A DNA stretch of 64,000 bases, taken from NCBI RefSeq assembly GCF_006345805.1, contig NC_043020.1:30442001-30506000 (forward strand), given 5' to 3'. Below, one piece after another: positions 51,350 to 62,463 of the stretch. A program made the position numbers and the translations under genes. Position 1 is the stretch's first letter; each line of letters opens with the position of its first letter. This stretch comes from Octopus sinensis (lineage: Eukaryota). Below the pieces are notes generated by a model, which did no database searches, had not been told where the DNA came from, and worked only from the letters and a program-made list of their open reading frames with translations.

Positions 51350-52430
51350 AACCATAATGTATGTATGTATGTCCGTTTGTATGTATGTATGTATGTATGT
51401 ATGTATGTATGTATGTATGTATGTATGTATGTATATATGTACGTACGTACGGATGTATGTATGTATACTCTTTACTCTCTTTTATTTGTTTCAGTCATTT
51501 GACTGCGGCCATGCTGGAGCACCGCCTTTAATTGAGCAACTCGACCCCGGGACTTATTCTTTTGTAAGCCCAGTACATATTCTATCGGTCTCTTTTGCCA
51601 AACCGCTAAGTAACGGGGACATAAACACACCAGCATCGGTTGTCAAGCAATGCTAGGGGGACAAACACAGACGCACAAACACACACACGCATACATATAT
51701 ATACATATATACGACGGGCTTCTTTCAGTTTCCGTCTACCAAATCCACTCACAAGGCTTTGGTCGGCCCGAGACTATAGTAGAAGATACTTGCCCAAGGT
51801 GCCACGCAGTGGGACTGAAACCGGAACCATGTGGTTGGTAAACAAGCTACTTACCACACAGCCACTCTTGCGCCTATGTATGTATGTATGTCCGTATGTA
51901 TATGTATGTAGTATGTATGTATGTATGTATGTATGTATGTATGTATGTATGTATGTATGTATGTATGTGTGTGTGTATGTATGTGTGTGTGTATGTATAT
52001 ATGTATGTACGTATGTATGTACGTACGCACGTATGTATGTATGTATATACGTACGTACGTATGTATATACGTACGTTTGTATGTATGTATGTATGTATGT
52101 ATGTCCGTATGTATGTATGTCCGTATGTATGTATGTATGTATTTATGTATGTATGTATGTAGTATGTATGTATGTATGTTTGTATGCATGTATGTATGTA
52201 TGTATGTATGTATATATGTTTATATGTATGTCCGTATGTATGTATATTCGTATGTATGTATGTATGTTTGTATGTATGTATGTATTTATGTATATACATA
52301 CGTACAAATATACCAACATACGTACGTACATACATACATACATACACACATACATACACACGCACATACATACATAGATACATACATACAAAAATACATA
52401 CATACATAAATATATACATACATACATACA
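51350..52430. repeat. Degenerate (TATG)n/(CATA)n arrays flanking a SINE
   Basis: Direct inspection. Confidence 0.9.
51467..51875 (-). mobile_element. SINE family A, near-intact copy
   Basis: High similarity to 21703-22138. Confidence 0.88.
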
Positions 52431-55400
52431 AACAAACACAAAAATACCGTTGTTGTTGAAATTCCAAAGAAGGAGCCTTGGATCTTAGGTTAGAAACCGG
52501 TTCTTTCTCTATTGGTAAAAAATCTTGAAATAAATCTGGACAATGACACACACATATATTCATACGTACATAAATGCATTAACATGTATGCATATAAATA
52601 CACCTACATGTGTGTGTTCTTTGACTGAAAACAATCAGGATTTTCAGATCGTAGTTATTGATATTCAAAACTCCCAATTGTAGCAGCGAGTCCTAGAGTC
52701 TATTCCGACTCAAAACCTCGTTACCTTTATATCAACTCATTACAACAGTTTGGCGCACAAATTCTTTCTATGCCTGAAATTTTGTGTGGCTGGGAAGAAG
52801 GCTTGTCGATAACATTGGCCACCAAATGGAAGAAAGGCAGAATTTGAACTTGATTTAGCGCAGTAACGATTCTACCGGGTTGCCGTCTTTAGAACACATA
52901 AATACATAAAAAATATAAATACAAACGGAATATGTTCAGATAATAAACTAATGAAGCGAGAGTGTTATGGACATACGATCGTCTGAATGGAAACATTGTA
53001 ATCTCCTGATAAAATGCAACAGCTTATTCACGTTTGAATCTGTCGGAATTGTATTAAGAACGAATATGTAAGGCAACGTTTCGAAGCATCAGTTGAGTTC
53101 TACTGAAAATATCAGCCTTCACTTACCGTTTTCTAAGGAAATGGTATAATTTAACATCATGCAAAATCTTTGTTTTAAGCTCTTGGTTATGGAGGAACAA
53201 GTTTCTTTCTTAACAGATGTCTTCACTTATGGCATAAACCAATGAGAGACAGGAAGGAACCGATGTTAAGAAAAATGTCATTGTATTTCTAGATTGTTGG
53301 AAGGTCGAAGTACAAGTTTATTTTAAAATTCGTTTCTTAGTCAACCAACGAACCGTGTCTCCCCCCCCCCCTTGTATACGTTACAAAGTCGAACAGTTTA
53401 TGCCCAAATCCTTTCGATAATACTTTGGCACCAAGAAATTAGACATTAGCCTCGTCAGGGGGAGAGAAGTAAATAAACGAATAAAGAAATGGAAGGCTAA
53501 ATCTCTCCTTCCACGAAAAACAACAACACTTTGTCGTTTGTTGAGCCGAAAGTTGACCTTGATTGAGCAAAAGAGAAGCTATTCCAGCCTTGACTATCAA
53601 AGCTGCACCGGATTAACTATTAAATCAAACAAGCACGTGCTTAGTGCATTGAGGGGCAGAAATGGTAAATGATTTTTGGCACAAAACAAATCACTTTGAA
53701 CGTACTAAGATAATATTCCAAGTGGGTATATTCGGCTGGTCTTAGCGATCGGCTTCGCGCTAGGAATACAACGGAGTGTTATGCAGCCGCCATATTCCTT
53801 TCAATATCGGCCAGCTCTGGTGAGCGTAAGATTATATAATCGGATCGTTATCTAACACTCCGTTTTATTCCTAGTGTGAAACCGCTTGGTAAGGATCAGC
53901 CGTAATGGATATATATATATATAACACTGTATAATACGGATATTCGGATACGTGTGTGTGTGTGTACACACACACATGATTACATATACATATATTCATA
54001 TGTACACACATACATCCATATAGATACATACACACATACACGGATGCATGCATACATACATGCAAATATACATTTGCGCGTATGTGTTTGTGTTTTTACA
54101 TTCCTCTGATATAAATCGGCAAAAGATTAAAATGGTCTGGAAAAGGACCAAGTCGTGATTTCAGCCAAAATTTTGTCGTATATTTTCACCCCATTTACAT
54201 CAACTCTCACTCGTTTCTTTCCAGTTGCATTACTGAAAAACGCTTCGGAGCAGTAATTGATCCGTTACAAAACTGTAAGCAACGAATCTAATGTTTATCA
54301 AGAGAAATATAAAATAAAACAATTTATTATCAAATCTATTAATTCCAACTTGAGGATAAAAAGAGAATATTCAAGGGAAGTTACTCTTGTCATTCATAAT
54401 ACTTTATTCTCAGTAGTTATCGCCTCTTGCATAAAATTAACGTCAAGCCTTATTGAAATTTATAATTAGTGACCACCACCGATGATATTTTGCACCGTTT
54501 TTAAGACTCTATGTCTATAAAAGGCGTGAATAGTGCAGTCAAAACGAATACAGCAGCTTAGTAAAGCTTTCAACTTATACACACTTTATTTATTCAGATC
54601 GCTAATTTAGAATTCGGATTGATTTTAAAACCTTGCGTTTATTGTACGTTGTTCAGTAAATTACAGGAGCAATTCGAAAGGTTTGCCGATATCCGAATTT
54701 TAGAAAAAAAATAATGCGAACTGCTATGCGTTGTACGGAGGTTATTTTGCTCTTGGTCTCGCTTAACTTGAGTAACATTCAAGATTTCGGCAGCTGAAGG
54801 AACAGCAGAAGGCCATAACAGCAACCAACTGGAATCGGTTGACAGCCGACTTTATATTGGAGCGACATTCTTATATGTTCTTAACACGCGCATTCATCTG
54901 TGCTTACACGAACACATACATTGGTTCTCATGACGGCCTGTCCATTATTCCGTGTATATGACGGACACACAGACACACATATTAACATAGCAATAAATTT
55001 TCTCTTAATCCTTCTCACAAGGTTGTGTCTCTCTCTTTCCTCCCTGGAACTTTATTGTATTAACCGTGTGATGTACTAAAGAGCTATTCTCGTCACCTCG
55101 CATCGTACCTCGGCCACTTACACTCCTCTTCATCAAGACATCTCTTGCTATCCATTCTAACGTATTTTTACCTCTTCCAATACAAGGTGGGGGTTGCCTT
55201 GTCTTGTGAATACTTTGTCACCTCACAAAGACCGGAGCTACAAAAAAAAAAAAAAAAGAAAGAAAAGCCACCCAGGACACTCTGTTAATGGGTTGGTATT
55301 AGGAAGAGCACCCAGCCGTAGAAACCATACCAAAGCAGAGACTGGAGCTGGGAGCAGTCTTCTGATGCATTGGTTCCTCTTGGGCCATCCAACCCATGCC

Positions 55401-55602
55401 AGCATGGAGAAAAGAACGTTAAACTATGACGACAACGAGGATGATGGTGATGACACATTCCAAACAAGAAATGATTAAGAAATTATCTCCTGCTTTATTT
55501 TAGAAAGTAAGGACATCGATAATCGATTTTATTTGAGTTACACGATTTATAATTCATAAAAATCTTTTTCAATAATATTTTCATCGGAAATAATTATTAA
55601 TT

Positions 55603-55668
55603 TTATTTCAAAATATCTTCAATTTTGTTCAATCTTTTCAGTATTTGCTGTCCATAAAATGAAATTCT
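55603..55668 (-). CDS. ARM gene terminal exon ([21 protein letters not shown])
   Basis: tttcattctag| acceptor, phase 0, TAA 55605-55603. Confidence 0.72.
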   Translation of the reverse strand, partial: RISFYGQQILKRLNKIEDILK

Positions 55669-55903
55669 CTAGAATGAAATAAAAATCAATTTTTAAATAA
55701 AAATCCAGTGATATAAGTGCAGCCATGGGTGTATTTTTAAAAAGTTTATTTCTTGTCCTCTTACATACTGGTTCGATCTCAATGCGTGGTACCTTGGACA
55801 AGGGGCCTTTTACTATAGTCTTGGAATGACCAAAGCGTTGTAGGTGAAATGTTTGTATGTATGTGTGTGTGTGTGTGCATGTGCGCATATGTGTATGTAT
55901 GTG

Positions 55904-55949
<46 letters not shown>

Positions 55950-56012
55950 TATATATATATATATTATATATATATATACACACACACATATATATATATA
56001 TATAATATATAT

Positions 56013-56063
<51 letters not shown>

Positions 56064-56089
56064 TACACACATATATATAAATATATACA

Positions 56090-56127
<38 letters not shown>

Positions 56128-58119
56128 TATATATATATACACACATACATATACATACACACACATATATAAATATATAGTGTATATATGTGTGCATGTG
56201 CGCATGTGTGTATGTATGTGTATAAGACTGGAGCCTGGTGCAGCCTTCTGGCTTCCCAGATCCCCGGTCGAACTGTCCAACCCATGCTAGCATGGAGAAC
56301 AGACGTTAAACGATGATGATGATGATGATGATGATATATATATATATATATATATAACGGGAAGGTTTACGAAAATAAACAAAGACGAAGGCAGGTGGAG
56401 TACAAACAAACAAATGTATTAGTATGGCGCTCAGGAATAGAAATAGAAGAAGTCTTTTACGTTTCGAGCCTAAGCTCTTCGACAGAAAGATACACAGAAA
56501 AGAAACAAGGAGAGAAAAAAAATGCGTGTAGGGGCTAACGATTCAACATGGCGTTATACGAATGTATTTATAAATGTGTGTGTGTGTGTGCATGAAAGGG
56601 TCCATAGTCCATATGTATGCTATTCTTACCTCATTGTAATTGAAGTGTGTTGTACAATATTTCAGCATCGGTTCGTATTCGTAACTTATCAGATCTTTAC
56701 AAGCTTCATCTGCAAATACAACGATGCACAGAGTCACATGTGGAAGAGATGGAACCACTTTTTATTTCATGGTGTAACCCCTTATTTTTAGTGTCGTATT
56801 GTAGGTCCACCAGACCTTGCAGTTGTTGTTGTTGTTGTACTGCAGTGGTTTGTTTGTCTCCAGGACCGAGAGGGGTCAAGTCAGCAGTGACTTAGTAAAC
56901 GTCTGTCAGTCATCTTCTTTTATCCTTTACTCGTTTCACTCATTATGTGAAGGTGTGTGGCTAAGTGGTAAGGGTATTCGGCTCATGACCGTAAGGTCAA
57001 GAGTTCAATTCCTGGCGACACATTGTGTCCTTGAGCAAGACACTTTACTTCACGTTGCTCCAGTTCACTCAGCTGGCAAAAATAAGTCCAACCTGTATTT
57101 CAAAGGACCAGCATAGTCACACTGTGTCAAGTGGAATCTCCCTGAGAACTACGTTAAGGGTACACATGTCTGTGGAGCACTCAGCCACTTGCACATTAAC
57201 ATCACGAGCAGGCTGCTCTGTTGATTGGATCAACTGGAACCCTCGTTGTCGTAACTGACAGAGTGTCACTTTCAGTCACTGATCCGCAGCCATATTGGGG
57301 CCCCACCTTGGAAGGTTTTGCTGAACAAACTGACCACAGTACTTTTAAAGATGCTTACATTTTAAAATGAACTTTACCTTGTCCATCTCACCTGCCAGCA
57401 AAAAAGACATAGTTGAGTTTAAAAACTGAACCTTACCATATATGGAGAAAGCATGCAACAAGCTGAAGATGGCTGCAATAACAGTTGTAGACGAATCTTT
57501 ATGTATGTCGTAAATATTCATGAGAAGTTGTAGTCCAAAAACGGATTTACCTTGATCTTCTAATTTCTCACTAAGAAACATATAGGTACAATCTTCTGCA
57601 AACATAAACATGTACATGTCATCCATAATCGAATGCTTACACACATCGGTGCTTGCATTATATATAAACAGGGGACTGGAAAATGTTTTGGCTTTATTGA
57701 TAAACGTTTATATATAAAAAGGCTTCATCCAAATGTAAATTCTGTATAATTTGATTCCATGTCTGGAGAACTTCTAACAGGGGGTATCTTACATGTTTTC
57801 TACTCCGTGTACAAATTTGTAACTCCTATTAGCAAATGAAACATGTGTAATGGTGAATACATAATGCCAATAAGTTTTCCAGTCTCCTGTTTTGATATTA
57901 TTACACATCAGAAAATATTTTCCAGTATTTACAATGCTTATGCATACATCACACAAATATCTACATACGGGTTTGGAATACAGAAAGAAGCAGATGCACA
58001 TCAAGAGGACACAGCTTGGATATCAATCCTATCTACATAATGTGTGTGTGTGTTGCACATATGCAGGTGTTGTATGTATGCGTATATATATATATATATA
58101 TACGTATATATATATATAC

Positions 58120-58152
<33 letters not shown>

Positions 58153-58153
58153 C

Positions 58154-58215
<62 letters not shown>

Positions 58216-58854
58216 TATATATATATAATTAATCAATATAGGGTGGCAAAAAATTTTGTAGAATTTTTTTGCCACCAGCGGCCTAGTGGGAAAAAATTAA
58301 ATAGTCATATACCATTTTTAAGTTCAACATCACAATCAAGGAACGGCCATAATAGGCCATTCACCCACTAGAAATAACAGCCAAAAGCTTTAACCGCAAA
58401 ATAACATCAATTCCGTAAACCAGGAGAAAATTTAAAAAACATTTACCCTGTAATTTCTTATACGATGCACCGTTTCATCTACTGTTTAATGGTAAACTAA
58501 CCTGATTAAATTAAATCAAGCCAATCTACCATAGGCCCTTAGATTCGTCAGTAAGAAATAGCCAAGTCGGAACAGATATTTTTCACGAGGCAAAAAATAT
58601 CTGTTCCGACTTGGCTATTTCTTACTGACGAATCTAAGGGCCTATGGTAGATTGGCTTGATTTAATTTAATCAGGTTAGTTTACCATTAAACAGTAGATG
58701 AAATGGTGCATCGTATAAGAAATTACAGGGTAAATGTTTTTTAAATTTTCTCCTGGTTTACGGAATTGATGTTATTTTGCGGTTAAAGCTTTTGGCTGTT
58801 ATTTCTAGTGGGTGAATGGCCTATTATGGCCGTTCCTTGATTGTGATGTTGATA

Positions 58855-58886
<32 letters not shown>

Positions 58887-61270
58887 CTTTATTTAAAGCA
58901 GCAGAAACTTCAACAAAACCTGTTACTCTGAGTTTCCCGTTGCCGTTCATTGGACAGTTTTTGCTAGAATGGAACCGATATCTCAATTCTATCCAGACTA
59001 GTATAAACGCTACACCTTTAAAAATGGACTTGTTTGATTGGCTGTAGCGTTTATACTAGTCTGGATAGAATTGAGATATCGGTTCCATTCTAGCAAAAAC
59101 TGTCCGATGAACGGCAACGGGAAACTCAGAGTAACAGGTTTTGTTGAATTTTCTGCTGCTTTAAATAAAGTATATATATATATATATATATATATATTAC
59201 GGAGATGTACTCGCATAGCAAGTGATTTGATCTGAGATCGTGTGCTGAAACGAAAACAATTGCAGCGTGGAAGGTGTTTGTAAGCCATTTAAGAAACACA
59301 CAAAAGCCGTTCGATTCACTTCAACAATTAAGTTTAATTTGTCAAAATATTCTCGTCGCTTTGAGACCGCGACCTGTTCACTGACAAAAATCCGTGCTGC
59401 ACGGACTTTGTCAGTGAACAGGTCGCGGTCTTAAAGCGACGAAAATATTTTGACAAATTAAACTTAATTGTTGAAGTGAATTGAACGGCTTTTGTGTGTT
59501 TCTTAAATGGCTTACAAACACCTTCCACGCTGCAATTATATATATATACATATATATATATACATACATACATATATATATAATTTCAACTTGCATGCCG
59601 GGAAATATATATAATTAAAAAGGAAAAGACTGACGATGTTTGGCTGATACTTACTGCTCATGTTACAAAGAGCTGCTAAAGTTGTGCAACATTCAATAAT
59701 CACATCACTCGACTCAGTATTCGAGTATAACACACTAATCATTGCTGATACGGCACTCGTCTCGGTTAATTCTAATATTCCATCATCTGAAGGAAATAAA
59801 AACAAAAACAAACATAAACACATCTGATGTTTCACCTCTCTACCATTCATACATCTTCTCTGGATTCTATGCCACTGAATGGATTCCTCTCTTCACTCAA
59901 GTGCTCACCTCTGACCCACAGTCATCATGGCTCATCTTTTTACCTTTCCTGATTCTACTATCATGGCCCTTGTTCCTTGGAACTCACTGCTCTCAGGTAT
60001 CAACCTGTTGATCACAGTCATGATGCAGCATCTCCGCCTATTCTACATCTACAATCCAGGTTTAATTTCATATGAATTGGTTTGTTTCTTGTGCCTTCCC
60101 CTCATCTGCTCAACTCTGGCTCAATGCCAAGTCATTTCTACCGCAGCCTCGGGTTTTCTTTTCTATCTTTCCTACATCTGCTCTAGAGGCCTCTGTTCCA
60201 CTAAAATAGTTGGTGTTGTGCTTCCTCAACTCATACTCCATCTTTAGCCCTGATGCCCTGATGCCCCATTTCGTTCGAAGGGCAGATTTCGTTCCCCTTC
60301 AACTCCAGGACCGAAATCTTTCATTTATCCATGATGTCTCACCTATCCACCTTTCCTGTCTCTGGTCCTCAAAATAAATTACTATCTTGCTCTCTTCACT
60401 CAAGTTCTGGACTTTGGCTCACTGACGAGATGCCCCTCATATCTATATTTCGGCAACTACCATCAGTGTCTCTGCACCTCAGATTGGGTTGCTTTTTATT
60501 CCCTCCCCTCAAATACTGACCTCTCCCTCACACGCTCATATCTAATCTCTAAATTTGCTATTGTGGCCTCTGCAACTCAGAATTGGCTCATTAGTTGTCC
60601 TCACCCCCCCATAAATGTCTTGTGGTTCATAGGCCCGAAACCTCATCTCCCTATCTTTTCCTTGGAACTGCTATTTTATGTTTCTTCCCCTAAGGTAACA
60701 TCCTAGGGTCCACAGCTGTCATGCTTCAATGATCAATCTTTTCTGCATTGATGACCACAGCCTCTGGACCACATAAATTGCTGGTATCATGCACCCTCCT
60801 CACAGCTACCAACTTCTTATACGCAGCCATGATGCTTCCTTACTCTACCTTTTCTGTATTTACTATTAATGCCCCTGTCACTTGGAATTGGCTGGCTGCC
60901 TGTCCCCCCACCCCAATCGTCTGCCTTTTCTGTATTTACTCTCCTGGCCTCTGCTCCTCACAACTGGCCTCATTCCTCCTCTCACAACTCCACTGTCAAC
61001 ATGTAGCACTGCAGCCCACACCCTACTCTCGGGGCCTCTGCCACATGGGACTGGCCGTTTCCTTTTCCCATTTTTGTTCTCAGTTGTCCCTGGCAACAGC
61101 AAAGAGTTCCTAAAGACTTCTTCTTACCATAAATACTGATACTGTTGAGGACGTCACGCAGAATGATGCAGCAGTTCATAACGATGGCATCGTTAGAGCA
61201 ATAGGTGTTCATTATGTTCACAAATAACGTGAGTAATTGGCATTGGTTTAACTGGAATATTGCAGATTCT

Positions 61271-61304
<34 letters not shown>

Positions 61305-62413
61305 ATGACGAGAACAACACCATCACTGCTATTTTCTCCTACAAGACTACAACCATCATTGCTACCATCCTCATCATCATCGTAACCATTGTGTGGGAAG
61401 CTGAGGGGCCAGGTTGTTTCTGTTAAATTAGACTATTGCAGGTTACGGAGAGAAAGAAAGAGGAGAGGAGAGACAGACAGACAGACAGAGCGAGACAGTG
61501 AGAAAGGTTAATGAGCGATAATGTCTCACAGCTATAAGCACACCTGTAACACCACCACCACCACCACCACCACCACCACTACCACCACCACCACAAACAA
61601 CTACACTACAACAGCAACTGTTGCCACCATCAGCACCCACACTGCCATGACAACGACGACGACGACGACCACCACCACCACCACCACTACCACTGTCATC
61701 ACCACCACCACCGCTACCACCACCGCTACCACCACCGCTACCACCACCGCTACCACCACCGCTACCACCGCTACCACCAGTAATTCTGTACACTCACCAT
61801 TAGTTGCCAGTGGTATAAACACAGCCAAAAGTTCTGCTACGGCTCCTTGGTAATTGAAGTGAAACTGAAGATTTTCATAAAGAACTTTAATGATGCCATA
61901 TTCGAGGGCAGCTTTAGCATTTGAGGCTACAAAAACAAAGAAAGGAAGCAATCGGTGAACGTCTTTTGGCCTTTATTCATACAAAACACAAAGTCTTTCG
62001 TCTTCTGGCAGACAACATTGTGTTAATCTCTTAATCCTTTACTTCAGTCATTGGATTATGGCAATGCTGGGGGAAGCACTTGATAAAGAACAGTTGATTC
62101 CATGAATTTTAGTAGTTTGTCTTGCAAAGGGCAAAATGACTAAGTCCATCTTGGTGTAAAGGGATTTTAACTTATTTTGTACGTATATCAATATGCACAT
62201 ACACTACACACACACACATACTAACACACATGTACACACTCACACACAAATATATGTGTATGTATGTGTGCGTTAATACATGTTTGAAAAGCTGGAAATA
62301 CGAAAATCGCTTACACAAAATCTTTCTTCCTTAAGGTCTGTGTTAATCTACTTTTCTTAAAAGACATTTTATATACTTAATAATTCTTAATTTTTGAAAA
62401 AAACTTTTTCACA

Positions 62414-62463
<50 letters not shown>

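Noticed and set aside
52458-52510. Hammerhead-like relic (CCAAAGA..AGCCT/AGGTT..GAAACCGGTT)
   Set aside because: Stem II and palindromic stem III fit, but the core is degenerate and no stem I pairing was found.
53065-53125. Minus-strand GAAACGTT motif with AAGGC/GCCTT flanks
   Set aside because: No valid CUGANGA core in register.
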